DNA of 64,000 nt from Octopus vulgaris (Eukaryota): the NCBI GenBank assembly GCA_951406725.2, contig OX597825.1:5208001-5272000 (forward strand), in the 5' to 3' direction. Positions 1 through 13,103 of this stretch are shown here, piece by piece (the stretch's first letter is position 1; each line of letters begins with the position of its first letter). Under the pieces are notes generated by a model that made no database searches, had not been told where the DNA came from, and was given only the letters and a program-made list of their open reading frames with translations. The translations under genes were made by a program, and so were the position numbers.

Positions 1-112
1 CGGAGCCGCGTGGAGCTAAGGTGTTTTCGCTCATAAACACACACATCGCCCGATCTGAGATTCGAACCCGCGATCTCTCGACCGCGAGTCCGCTGCTCTA
101 ACCACTAGGCTA
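1..112 (-). mobile_element. tRNA-derived SINE family C, 5' head (truncated by window edge)
   Basis: Reverse complement reads tagcctagtggttagagcagcggactcgcggtcg...ggttcgaatc...gagcgaaaacacct, matching the head of copies at 7120 and 60187. Confidence 0.8.
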
Positions 113-446
113 TGTGTGTGTGTGTGTGGTTGAGAAACGCTGGTTTAGACCTTCCGTAAATGTAGTCACCACACTGTCCCATATAAGGGCGCAGTTCCTA
201 AAAATTCTCCATTGTAGATCTTATCTTTGTTGAGATTTATCAGTTGGCTGTAAGAGACTCAACTACTCTCTGGCCTTCAATTGAAAGTCCACTGCTTGCG
301 ATGAAACATTTTCTATGTGCCTAAGCTAGGACTGCGGTCACCAAGTTTTTATTAATATTTTTTTTGTTTTTGTTTTTGCATCACGAACCGGAGGATCATG
401 AGCAGAACAAAACACAATAAAATGCATAATATATAATTTAAGAAAT

Positions 447-890
447 TGGTTTCAAGCTTTGGCACAGAGCCAGTAATTTCGGGGAAGTAGTAAAACGCAT
501 TACCCCTCTGCTCAAAAGTGGAATTGTCTTATCGACACCGGAAGGAGGTAATGTAAAATCGACCTCGGCAGAATTTGAACTCAGAACGTAGAGACAGACG
601 ATATACGGCGAGCTGGCAGAAACGTTAGCACGCAAGGCGAAATGCTTAGCGGTATTTCGTCTGCCGTTACGTTCTGAGTTCAAATTCCGCCGAGGTCGAC
701 TTTGCCTTTCATCCTTTCGGGGTCGATAAATTAAGTACCAGTTACGCACTGGGGTCGATGTAATCGACTTAATACCTATGTCTGTCCTTGTTTGTCCCCT
801 CTGTGTTTAGCCCCTTGTGGGTAATAAAGAAATAGATATACGGCTAAGCATCTTGCCTGGCATGCTAACGAATCTACAAATTTACCCACC
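447..890 (-). mobile_element. Old SINE family A copy, interrupted by a younger copy
   Basis: Degenerate core (tcgacctcggcagaatttgaactcagaacgt) at about 557-600 resumes after 844 (gctaagcat...tgctaacga). Confidence 0.75.
607..834 (+). mobile_element. tRNA-derived SINE family A, full length, tail type a
   Basis: A-box-like tggcagaaacg, B-box-like gagttcaaattc, core gcctttcatcctttcggggtcgataaattaagtaccag. Flanked by direct repeat gatatacggc (600-609, 835-844). Confidence 0.92.
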
Positions 891-1070
891 TTGAAACATT
901 TGCCAAAAGTGCTGTGCAAAGCGATCGAAAGGCAGATCTATTGGTTGGGAATCGAAACTATTAGATCTGCGCCCATCACCTTATCAAGCGTTAATCCTTT
1001 ACCGAACCGCTGACATAATTTAAAATATTACATGTGCATGATACATGTATAATACGTTATGTATTAGATA

Positions 1071-1462
1071 GGCGCAGGCGTGGCTGAGTGGTAAGAAGCT
1101 TGCTTCCTAATCAAATGCTTTTGGGTTCAATTCGACTGCGTGGCACCTTGAGCAAGTGTCTTCTACTATAGCTACGGGCCGACCAAATCCTTTTGAGTGG
1201 ATTTCGAAGACGGATAAAAGCCCGTCGTACATATTTATGTGTGTGCGCGTCTTTGTGTCTGTGTTTGTCTCTCTATCATCGCTTGTTCACCGGTGTTGGT
1301 CTGTTTACGTCCCCGTAACTTAACGGTTCGCCAAAAAACAATGATAGATTAAGTACTAGGCTTTAAAAAAACAGTCTTTGGGACGACTTGTTCGACTAAA
1401 ACCCATGAAGACGGTGCCCCAGCAAGGCCGCAGTCAAAGGATTGAAACAAGTAAAAGAATAT
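1071..1462 (+). mobile_element. SINE family B (tRNA-like head, CORE-like ccttgrgcaagtg, internal microsatellite)
   Basis: ggcgcaggcgtggctgagtggtaag...caccttgagcaagtgtcttctactata...gccccagcaaggccgcagtc; many other copies in the window. Confidence 0.85.
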
Positions 1463-1744
1463 AAGACAAAAAGAGAAGAAAAAAAGCATTCTGTAGGCTG
1501 CGACCTGATATTGGTTTGCATCAGGGTGGGTGAAGAACCCTGCGGTAGGAACCAATCTCAACGGCAGTGAGTTTTAGCGCCTGCAAACGACCTTGAGGTT
1601 TGTAGCTGTTTGTGTTTAGAGAAGCATACCACATGATATGATATTGTTGTCTTGATATTACTAGCGATTGCATATATCTGTGTGTCTGTGTCCTTGTGCG
1701 CGCACGCATTGGTATGTGTGAATTTTTGCTTTTGTTCATGAGAG

Positions 1745-1951
1745 CTGTACAATGTGCCTTTGGGTGGGTACGTATCTTTTTTCACTTGAGTGCGGCATAC
1801 TGGAGCACCGCCTTCCAAGAATTCTTAGTCGGATGGATCCATCCGCGTAATTCTTTTATCCTGGCGGCTTCTTTCATCGAACCGTTAAGTTACGTAGATA
1901 TATACACACCAACACCGCTTGTCTAGCCGTGGTGGGGAACAAACGCAGACA

Positions 1952-2045
<94 letters not shown>

Positions 2046-2470
2046 TACATATGTGTGCGTGCATGTATACGACAGGCTTCTTTCAGTTTCCGCCTACCAA
2101 ATCCATTCACAAGGCTATAATAGAATACACTTGCCCAAGGTGCTGCGAAGTGTTACTGAACCTAGTACCACGTAGTTCGGAAGCAAGTTTCTTATTTCTT
2201 TATTGTCTACAAGGGGCTATATATAGAGGGGAACAAACAAGGACAGACAAACGGATTAAGACAATTATATCGACCCCAGTGCGTGACTGGTACTTAATTT
2301 ATCGACCCCAAAAGGATGAAAGGCAAAGTCGACCTCGGCGGAATTTGAACTCACAACGTAACGGCAGACGAAATACCGCTAAGCATTTCGCCCCGTGTGC
2401 TAACGGTTCTGCCAGCTCGCCGCTTTAGTTGGGAAGCAAGTTTCTTACTACCCAGCCACGCCTGTGTAGG
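1745..2470 (-). mobile_element. SINE family B copy with expanded (CA)n(TA)n, interrupted by SINE A
   Basis: ctggagcaccgcctt (1800), ggcttctttcagtttccgcctaccaaatcc (2075), head resumes after 2426. Confidence 0.8.
2195..2425 (-). mobile_element. SINE family A, tail a, with 22-bp TSD
   Basis: TSD tagtt(c/g)ggaagcaagtttctta at 2173-2194 and 2426-2447. Confidence 0.92.
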
Positions 2471-2507
2471 CGGGTGTGTCCTTTTCAGGGTACATTTGTA
2501 CATATAT

Positions 2508-2660
2508 ATATTTCTTTACTACCCACAAGGGGCTAAACACAGAGGGGACAAACAAGGACAGACAAAGGGATTAAGTCGACCCCAGTGCGTTGGAACCGCA
2601 TATGTAAATACGGCTACGAATTTCGCCCGGCGTGCTAACGTTTCTACCAGCTCGCCGCCT
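2508..2660 (-). mobile_element. SINE family A, internally deleted
   Basis: Tail a and head present, core missing. Confidence 0.75.
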
Positions 2661-2665
2661 TCTCT

Positions 2666-2702
<37 letters not shown>

Positions 2703-2879
2703 TTTGTACATATATAGGTTTGTGTATAACACTGTATGTGTGCGAGCGTTGGAACCGCATATGTATATTTACGGTGTGTATAACAGCGAAAATTATAAGC
2801 GTATAAGCATGTGTATATTTTGGGGAGAATATTTGAAAATATAAATACTGTATATATAGCTGTGCTTATGGGGATGTGC

Positions 2880-3189
2880 CTGTCATAAAACGTGTGTGTG
2901 TGAGTGTGTGTGTGTGTGTGTGTGAAAGTGTGTGTGTGTGTGTGAGTGTGTGAGTGTGTGTGTGTACTTTCGTGTAACATAGCGTGTATGTCATTGTGTA
3001 ATGTGAGGAAATTATACTTATCCTTACCACTGCACACGCGCATTAGCACTAACTACATCTACTCTGATTTTGTATAATTTAGCGTAGTTTTATGTGTCTT
3101 CATGTATGTGCTTCTGAATGTTGTGTTCTTTTCTGTGTATTTCTCTGTGCATGTGTCATGCATGTATGTGTCCTGTGTGTATTTGTGCA

Positions 3190-3220
<31 letters not shown>

Positions 3221-3490
3221 ACATAGAGTCTATACACACACATATTTACATATGTATTTATATATATATTATATATATATACACACATATAAATATATAT
3301 GTATGCATGTATGTATGTATGTGTGCGTATGTATATATATGCATATATATGTATGTGTGTGCGTGTGTATATATATATATGTATACGTACACACACACAC
3401 ACACACACACACATATATGTATGTGTGTGTATGTATATGTATCCATATATACCTGCATACATACATATACACACACATACACACATGTTT
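2880..3490. repeat. Compound (TG)n/(TA)n/(CA)n microsatellite region
   Basis: Direct inspection; source of spurious HT/YI/CV ORFs. Confidence 0.9.
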
Positions 3491-3902
3491 GACTGATTAA
3501 GAGATTCAGTTCGCAATTTACGCAGTTCCGAGTTCGATTTCGCTACACGGCACTTTGGCCAACTTGGCTTCAACAACGGCCTACAGTTAATTAATGATAT
3601 GTCATGAATGGAATTTGATTGAGGAATTCAGGAGCGAGGTTGCCTTCTCTCTACATTAGAAATCGCTTATTGTGATCGTTTTTTGCTCCTGCTATAGTGT
3701 AGACGGAATGGTTCAGTTAATATCAATTGATAGCATTAATTACTAAGTTGATATGATTAATGGGATCAATATGATGCACAAAAAAGCTTTGAATTCTGTG
3801 CCCCAGCATGGGCACAGTCCAATGATTCATGACTATAAACACACATACATACTCAAACACGCACATAGACACACACACATTCATAAATTATTTTCTATAT
3901 AC

Positions 3903-3938
<36 letters not shown>

Positions 3939-4019
3939 AGAGAAACAGACAGAGATAGTTATACTTACACACACACACACACACTCACACACGCACACAC
4001 ACACACGCGCGCGCGTATA

Positions 4020-4240
4020 TGTGTATATGTTTGTGTGTCTGTATTTGTCCCCGCAGCGTCGCTTGACAACCGATGCTGGTATGTTTACGTCCTTGTAACT
4101 TAGCGATTCGGCAAAAGGGGGTGATAGAATAAGTACTAGGCTTACATAGAATAAGTTCTGGGGTAGGCTTGCTCAACTAAAGGCGGTGCTCCAGCATGTC
4201 CACAGTCAAATAACTGAAACAATTAAAAAATAAAATAAAA
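4020..4240 (+). mobile_element. SINE family B, 3' half
   Basis: cgcttgacaaccgatgctgg...gatagaataagtactaggctt...ggtgctccagcatg. Confidence 0.85.
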
Positions 4241-4247
4241 AATATAT

Positions 4248-4278
<31 letters not shown>

Positions 4279-4685
4279 GAGAGAGAGAGAGAGGGAGAGT
4301 AAACTGTACAATTATGTTTTTCTCCGTCCATTTCGACGAGGAGCGGTCGGTGGTTCGATCAATTGATATACCGATTCATTGAATAAAGTTTGATGTCGCT
4401 GAGTGTTCCATACGCAGGTATTACCATAAAAGAACGATTCTATGACAGAAACACAGCATGTTATTGCGCGAGACAGCCAGTCCTTGGTCCGCATTCAGTG
4501 TTTGTGTATGGCACACACACACACACACAATATATATATATATATGTATATATATATATGTTGTATAAGGTTTTGATAGGCATTAGGCAGTAATAAAACA
4601 CTTGTCGAAGGTGCCGCGCACTGAGACAGAACGCAGAACTACGTGGTTAGAATGTAAAATTTTTTACTCATTGAATTATAATATA

Positions 4686-4877
4686 CGACGGGGTGTTGAA
4701 AATTTCCTGGTTTTTAGGGTATCGTGAAAGGCCAAGTTGGAACCCCTGCTTTCCGAGCTCTTTTACAGGGCTTAGAAAAAAGTGAAGGTTCGCAGCCATT
4801 ATGTGAACCTGAGAGGAGAATATGCTAAACGAAATAATAAATTATCCCTAAAGCCTTGAACTTTACAGCAGATCCCA
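4686..4877 (+). mobile_element. Short non-autonomous mariner derivative
   Basis: TA|cgacggggtgttgaaaatttc ... gaactttacagcagatccca|TA imperfect TIRs; internal gtgaacctgagaggagaatat encodes VNLRGEY, resembling the mariner C-terminal GxYVE motif. Confidence 0.65.
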
Positions 4878-4879
4878 TA

Positions 4880-4915
4880 TTATACATGCATATACATACA
4901 TATACATACATATAC

Positions 4916-4991
<76 letters not shown>

Positions 4992-5017
4992 GTATGTATG
5001 TATGTATGTATGTATAC

Positions 5018-5062
<45 letters not shown>

Positions 5063-5082
5063 TATATATATAATAGTAATTG

Positions 5083-5156
<74 letters not shown>
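4880..5156. repeat. (TA)n-rich microsatellite block
   Basis: Direct inspection. Confidence 0.95.
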
Positions 5157-5162
<6 letters not shown>

Positions 5163-6197
5163 ACTATTGATTCTTCGTCTCTTACGACGGTGCGTCTTGT
5201 ACAGTTTCTCATTGTATCATAACATACGTGGCTGAGTATTCCAAGTCCATATGATACTCATCACGAAATATTCTGTTAGATTCTGAATGATTCGGCCTGT
5301 GACAAAGAAGCTCGTTTGTATTATATAAGTTTTGTCCATCATAATTTTTTCTCTCCTCCTCTGATAGTTTCTGCCCGCCTGAGTTTAATTAAGTCTGAAG
5401 TTTGGGTCTATCAACGGCTACATGAGGTGTTTGCATAATATAACACGGACTGAAATCGAAACCTCGACCTGATCAAGGAAAAACGATCTCCTTAACCACT
5501 CGGCTACTCCTTCACCTATTCGCATACACGCTCAGACATGCTCTCACATTGTTATATTATATAACACGACACACACACACACATATACATCGATACCTAC
5601 ATTCATACATACATATGTACACACACACACATATATATATACTTAAATACATACATGCATACATACTAATATACATACATACCTAAATACTTACATAAAT
5701 TCACACATACATATATACATACATGCATGCATACATTCATACATCCATACATATACACATCTATCCATCTATCCATACATATATATATACATACATCCAT
5801 GCATATACACACTCATCCATCCATCTATCCATCCATCCATACATACATATATAATTCCATGTGTGTGTGTGTGCCTGTGTGTGTGTGTGCCTGGGTCTAT
5901 GTGGATGTATATGCGCGGGTTTAGGTATCCGACTATATTCACAAGTGTGTGTATGTGTGTGTGTGCATGCGTTAGTATGTATGTGTATATGCAGTCATAC
6001 ATGTGTGTGTGTGTGTATGTGTGTGTGCATGTCTGTGTCTGTGTGTGCGTCTCTCTGCCTATAATTCTCCCTCCTCATGCGTGTGTGTGTGTGTGTGTGT
6101 GTATCTCGGTGAGACTCGCCTGCTAGTAGCATTCCGCACATTGTTTAGCACAGCACTCGGCTCTCTACTGACACATTGACCTAAATACTGCTCTCGT

Positions 6198-6535
6198 TGT
6201 GGAGGTGATGGTAGTGGTAGTGGAGGCGGTGGTGGTGCTGTTGGTGGTGGCGGTGGTAGTAGTGGTGTTGGTGGTGGAGGTGGTGGTGGTGGTGGTGGTG
6301 GTGGTGGTGGCGAAGTTTATTAACAGCATGTATTAAAGGTAGTCGTTCTGGTGGCGGCGGTGACGGGTAGTAAAATGTTGCCCTTGGAAGAGTAACTAGC
6401 AGTGGCGGGGATGTGGTGGCGCTGGTAATGGCTGTGGTGGTGGTGGTGGTGGTGGTGGTGGTGGCAGTGGTGGTGCTAGTGCTGGCGGCGGCGCGGGTGG
6501 TGTGATTGCTGTCACTACTGATGTTACTTGGCTGT
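6198..6535. repeat. Degenerate (GGT)n trinucleotide repeat
   Basis: Runs of ggtggtggt with substitutions. Confidence 0.9.
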
Positions 6536-6601
6536 GGAGGCAGTGAGTTACATCAGTCTCTTTCTCATGCTACACACGCTCATTAACACACACACACACA
6601 G

Positions 6602-6658
<57 letters not shown>

Positions 6659-7119
6659 CACAGATGCACACACTCACACACGCATACACACAAAGGCACG
6701 CACATACACGCATACACCGGCCCGTTACAAACATTTCGCACATACTCACTCACACACTAATTTTGAATAAATATTAGAATGAATAAGAGTCAATGGGCGA
6801 GGGACTCTACATGCTCTTCCGATCTGCTAGAAATAGTAACCAAAACCGTTCTTAAAGTACACCCTACTGAGAATAAAAAACGAATGGCCAGGTTACGTAA
6901 TAGAGAATGGATCCTGCGTTCCCTTCGTGTATCATGGCGGCTGAAATACTTTCCATGGTGGGACGAGTCTGGTACTTCTCAAACTTTTATTAAAGTTTCA
7001 TTTCACGGTGGTGCTCCATCATGACCGCAGCCACATGGCGGAAACGAATAAAGGAATTCTTTTAATACTGCTCTTTCAACATCCACCTCTTAGCTACGGA
7101 TCAACTATATTATGTAAAT

Positions 7120-7495
7120 GTGGAGATGCAATGGCCCAGGGGTTAGGGCAGCGGACTCGCGGTTGTAAGATCGCAGTTTCGAATCCCATACCGGGTGTTG
7201 TGAGTGTTTATTGAGCGAAAACACCTAAAGCTCCATGAGGCTCCGGCTGGGGTAAGGGTGCGAACCCTGCTGTACTCTTTCACCACAACTTTCTCGCACT
7301 CTTTTTCTGTTGTACCTGTATTTCAAAGAACCAGTCTGGTCACACTCTGTGTCACGCTGAGTCCCACCGAGAACTACGTTAAGGGTACATGTGTCTGTGG
7401 AGTGCTAAGCAATTTGCACTTCAATTTCACGAGCAGGCTTTTCCGTTGATCGAATCAACTAGAAACCTCATCGTCGTAACCGACGGAGTGTCACG
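7120..7495 (+). mobile_element. SINE family C (tRNA-like head), tail 1, with 11-bp TSD
   Basis: Head tggcccaggggttagggcagcggactcgcgg...gtttcgaatccc. TSD attatgtaaat at 7109-7119 and 7496-7506. Possibly one of the described octopus tRNA-Arg SINEs (not verified). Confidence 0.9.
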
Positions 7496-7508
7496 ATTAT
7501 GTAAATAG

Positions 7509-7822
7509 GGCGGTGAGATGGCAGAAACGTTAGCACACCGGGCGAAATTTAAGCGGTATTTCGTCTGTCTTTACGTTCTGAGTTCAAATTCCGCCGCAGT
7601 CGACTTTGCCTTTCATCCTTTCAGGGTCGTTAAATTAAGTTCCAGTCGATAAATCAAGTACGATCTAATCAACTGGCCCCTTCCCCAATAATTTCAGGCC
7701 TTGTGCCTAGAGTAGAAAAGAATATACTTTGTGGTATAAGTACCAGTTGTGTCCTGGGTTCCATCTAATCGACTGCCCCACCTTCCCCAAAATTTCGAGC
7801 CTTATGCCTAAAGTAGAATAGT
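7509..7822 (+). mobile_element. SINE family A, tail type b, with duplicated 3' end
   Basis: Head and core, then ccttgtgcctagagtagaa; tail repeated at about 7735-7822. Confidence 0.85.
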
Positions 7823-7960
7823 TATAGTATATTAGGTTGCCTGATGAAATACGGTGTCCCTACAAGTAATTAATACATACATACAAACATGCATACATGC
7901 ACGGTCGTCCATAAATAAATAGAGAGACAGATAGATTGACAGATAGCTTCATACATAGAT

Positions 7961-8023
<63 letters not shown>

Positions 8024-8293
8024 TAGTTTTCTAATGCTTTTTACCATGAACTGATTAATGAAACATGAGTAATAATTCCAATTCATGAGAAAACTAAATT
8101 AAAACTAAGCGTAATTTCCCGTGATATCCGGTGCCCTCGATTTTCGTTCAAAATCCTTTCTGACATTGCTTGGCCTACTTTTTCTCCCATAATCCCCAGC
8201 TGAAAACTCGTCTACAATATGTCCGTTATATAATCTCTCGTAATGTGAACCACGAGTTCGGGAGAGAGTACGAACTGTTTGAGTTAACAACTG

Positions 8294-8326
<33 letters not shown>

Positions 8327-8395
8327 CACACACACACTCTCTCTCTCTCTCCCTCTCTCTCCCTCTCCCTCTCATTCTCTCTCTCTCAATCTCTG

Positions 8396-8439
<44 letters not shown>

Positions 8440-8898
8440 TCTGATACATAACCATCGCAAAGAACCAGTCGTTTATCCCTTTCAACGTTTTGACTATCTC
8501 CGGATTGCCTGGCGATTAAACATCAGAGACTGGATCAAAAGGGATAGCCTCTTAGTTACACGGCCCCTTTCTCAGCGGTCAGTGCAAATCAGAGTTCTCC
8601 GTGTGTGTGACCTGCACAAATGTCACTATGGAGCTACTGTGGATGAGTTTCGAGCACGTCCTGTATTGTACTCTTGTAAAGACTGCGCGCGACTATTTCC
8701 CTCGCCACGCTCTAATAAGAATATTATTAAAAGGTACATTTTTTTTTTCAAGTAGTGAGCTGGCAGAATCGTTAGCATGGCGGACAAAATGCTTCACGGC
8801 GCTTCGTCCGACTTTTTGTTCTCAGTTAAAATTCCGCCGAGGTCGGTTTGTCTTTCAACCTTTCATACCAGAAAAACACTTACACACGCATACACACA

Positions 8899-8986
<88 letters not shown>

Positions 8987-9070
8987 CATATATATACCAG
9001 AGTAGGCATATAAATGTGAAACAAGGTGGGACAAAAATAGTACTCGAATACCGGAGGTAGAGTAATACGG

Positions 9071-9243
9071 TTTATTATTAAAGCTGCAAAAACATCACAA
9101 AAACTGCTACTCAGAGTTTCCCCCGTCCCCTTTCATCGGGCATTTGGCTTTCAGAATCACAGCTGTGCGACGAACGGGAACGTGAATCTCTGAGTAGCAG
9201 ATTTTATGATATTTCGTGATTTTTTTGCAACTTTAATAATAAA
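9071..9243. repeat. Long imperfect palindrome; each arm carries a hammerhead-like motif
   Basis: tttattattaaagctgcaaaaa...ctgctactcagag versus ctctgagtagcag...ttttttgcaactttaataataaa. Confidence 0.85.
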
Positions 9244-9348
9244 GTATATGTATACTTACGCGCGCGTGCACACTCACACACATACCACATCTTTTATGTA
9301 TACACATTAACAGATATATATATATATATATATATATTATATACACAC

Positions 9349-9442
<94 letters not shown>
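9349..9442. repeat. (GATA)n microsatellite
   Basis: Direct inspection. Confidence 0.95.
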
Positions 9443-9443
<1 letters not shown>

Positions 9444-10259
9444 TGTTTCGGAAAAGATCACGGTAACCTCGGTCAATAATGTCAGATGTTAACACATTTA
9501 TTTGCAAGTAAATAACTCTCTGTTTTAAATTTTTCCGGGTTCATAGGATAGATAGATAGATAGATAGATAGATTTACTGTTTACGTTGTGAAATACTCCT
9601 GATCTGAAGACGTATGTTCCAACATTGTTGTATTTTGGGAGTGAAATTCTACCTCGGAAAACACACTCACTGTCTGAAGCTCATTTATATTTACAAGCAA
9701 ATAAATGAGTCGTCAATTGATTGATATTGTGAAGGATTTACATTAACCGAGGCTTATTTTCTCCTTTTCGCGGGGATTTGTCATCGGGCAGGGACCATAT
9801 ATATATGACTGCGATGTATTGATTTGTCGGATAAATTAGTTCGTTTCTTTCCAATGTTACTTGAATTAACACCAAAAAGTAGGGGGTTCTTTATTGTTTG
9901 TCAATTGGTCAGTTATTTAACCAACCAACTAATTGATCGCGTGCTTAATCAGTTGGTCAAACAATCGACCCGTTGTTTGTCGAAGTCCTTTCACCACCAT
10001 CCACCCGGTCACGCTTCGATAGTCTGCGCGGCGTTTTGTTCAACAGCGAATCAATGGCGTGGCTGGAAACTTAGCGGAATGGATTAATCAAGTCAAGACC
10101 CGGTGATTTCTGTTTTCAAAGCTTTGACAAACTGGTGGAACGGAGGCAAGAAGCCGTGAAGGAGAATGTATTATTGACTTATATGCTAAAATTATTGACA
10201 AAAGATAAGGGATAAAATAAACGGAGACGGAAACGAACGAATTTATCTGACAACACAAG

Positions 10260-10296
<37 letters not shown>

Positions 10297-10352
10297 TGTG
10301 TGTGCGTGTGTCTATGTCTATAAGTATGTATGTATATATGTATGACGGCGAC

Positions 10353-10417
<65 letters not shown>

Positions 10418-10661
10418 TGGAGTGCAGCCATGCTAGGGCACATCCTTGAAGGAGTAATCAAACAAATTGATCCGAGTACTTATCTTTTAAAGTGCGATAC
10501 TTAATCTACCAATTGCCTTTGCCAATACGCTATGTCCCAAAAGCAGGCCAACACCTATTATCAAGCGGTAGGGTGTACACACGTACACACACATTACACA
10601 CACATACACACATAAACATATATCTATCTATATACACACACACACGCACACATGTATATAT

Positions 10662-10738
<77 letters not shown>

Positions 10739-11027
10739 GAGAGAGAGACAGACAGACAGACAGACAGAGAGACACAGAGACACACAGAGAGAAAGAGAGA
10801 GACAGAGACAGACAGACAGACAGATAGAGAGAATGGGATTCCATACACTTTTCGTCTACGAATTTCACTCACAAACAATCGGTTGGCTCTAGGCTATAAG
10901 TAGAAGAAACTTTCCAAAGTGCCCCACAGCGGGACTGAAACCTGTTTCTTAACCACACAATCATGCTAGCCAGATAAATGCTTTCTACCACGTACACACA
11001 CCCGTACACACACACACATACATATAC

Positions 11028-11077
<50 letters not shown>

Positions 11078-11091
11078 ATATACTTACATAC

Positions 11092-11143
<52 letters not shown>

Positions 11144-12228
11144 TATATACATGCATGCACACACACATATACAGATATATAAAAAAAAACAGCGGTACAT
11201 CAGCATGGCCGCAGCTCTGAGCTGAAACTAGAAAAATATGTATATATATATGTATATATATGTATGAAAGCAAGTGTTACTCCTTTCTAGACTCTTGGGA
11301 ATAAATGCTTAGCCTTTTCAAGCTCTCCCAAGAGCATTCATTTCAGAATCGTAATTATGTGGATGTAGCGGTGAGGGATTTCTCGCAGATCCGGAATCGC
11401 TGTACCACCATACGGCAACCTTAATTTGAAACAGGAACCTAGAAAACTATGAGCAAATATTTACACTAGACTAAAATGGTTTTGTATTTTGTTTTTCTTT
11501 CTGTTTTGTGTGTCTGTAAGTGCTCGCGCCTGTGTGTGTGTGTTTGTATTTGTGTTGTTTTTTTAGGTTCTGGATGACCTCGGTGTCCGTCCCATCTCTA
11601 TCATACGCATTGCTCCAGTCTTAGTAATAGCAGAAGCAAATGATACACTGTTACACATTTCTGATTCTCAGGTCATGCACTGATTGTCACCGTGGCAATG
11701 CAGTTTCTGCTGGTTCTGTACATCCTGGCCGAAATGTGTTAAAAAACTGATAACGAATAGGTTGAAATTTCGCATCGTTAATTCAGATACGGCAATTTAC
11801 AACCTACGTCAATATTGCACTGACACTTACACACACATACACACACACTCATACACATTTACATATATACATACATACATACATATATCAATACACACAC
11901 AGATATATATATAGAGAGAAAGAGTGAAAGAGATGCATGTATACATACACATATACGTACACACACGACCGAGTACATTGACATAAATTCACATAAACAT
12001 TTACCATGACAGGCCTAATTACATTCCAGTACATATACGAGTCTACACACGCGCGCGCATGCACATTCGCATACACTCATACGCGCGCGCACACATACAT
12101 TAGTGTGCCTTGTGATCCCATCCCAGATTCATAAGCAGCACATGACCTGGGATTCAAAATGAGTAACGATTTCTCATCTATACATGTATATATGTCTATA
12201 TATATATACATACATACATACATACATT

Positions 12229-12285
<57 letters not shown>

Positions 12286-12424
12286 ATGTATATATGTATG
12301 TATGTATGTATATATACATGTCTCACTTGATATATGAATGTAAATATACATGTGTGTGTATGTAATTTATACATGCATATTTACATTCATATATCAATTC
12401 AGACATGTATACATACATATACAT

Positions 12425-12510
<86 letters not shown>

Positions 12511-12582
12511 CTGGCGTCATAAATATGTAGAAACTTCGTGAGTTCACGTTCCTTCGAAGTTTCTGAATTCTTATGACGTCAG
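12511..12582. repeat. Hairpin adjacent to (TA)n
   Basis: ctggcgtcataa/ttatgacgtcag and agaaacttcg/cgaagtttct stems. Confidence 0.8.
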
Positions 12583-12811
12583 CAACACAGAATTCTCAGT
12601 GAAGTGAAATCGGCAGAGGAATTCGAACGACCGCTTTGGTCCAATGTTCTTACGCCCCTTATATCCTTCTCTTTTTTCCTTTTTTCTTTTTTTAATCCGA
12701 CACTTGGTGGAGTCTCCTGTCGAAAACGACATAGGAGCGTTCAGGTTTTTTGCTGAAGAACACTGGTCTAGGAATCCGACATTCAGGCGCTATCATTTAT
12801 ACCTTGATCAT

Positions 12812-13025
12812 GGCGGTGAGCTGAAATAATCGTTAGCACGCCGAGCAAAAATGTTCAGCTGCATTTCGTCCGTCTTTACGTTCTGAGTTCAACTTCTTCC
12901 GCGATCGACTTTGCCTTTCATCTTTTCGCAGTCGGTAAAATAAATTACCTGTTGAGAACTGGGGTCGATGTAATCGACTTAGCCACTTTCTAAAACTTGC
13001 TGGAGTTGTGTCAAAATTTGAAACT
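12812..13025 (+). mobile_element. SINE family A, tail b (diverged)
   Basis: ggcggtgagctg...tcgactttgcctttcatc...tgtgtcaaaatttgaaa. Confidence 0.8.
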
Positions 13026-13061
13026 TTTATCTGCTTCGAGATTTACCGTTCCCAAAAACGA

Positions 13062-13103
<42 letters not shown>

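Noticed and set aside
438-749. Recurrent ORF MRNWYLIYRPRKDERQSRPRRNLNSE
   Set aside because: Antisense translation of SINE family A, repeated wherever the SINE occurs.
8105-8290. 61-aa minus-strand ORF in non-repeat sequence
   Set aside because: No recognisable homology, no ATG start and no good splice acceptor.
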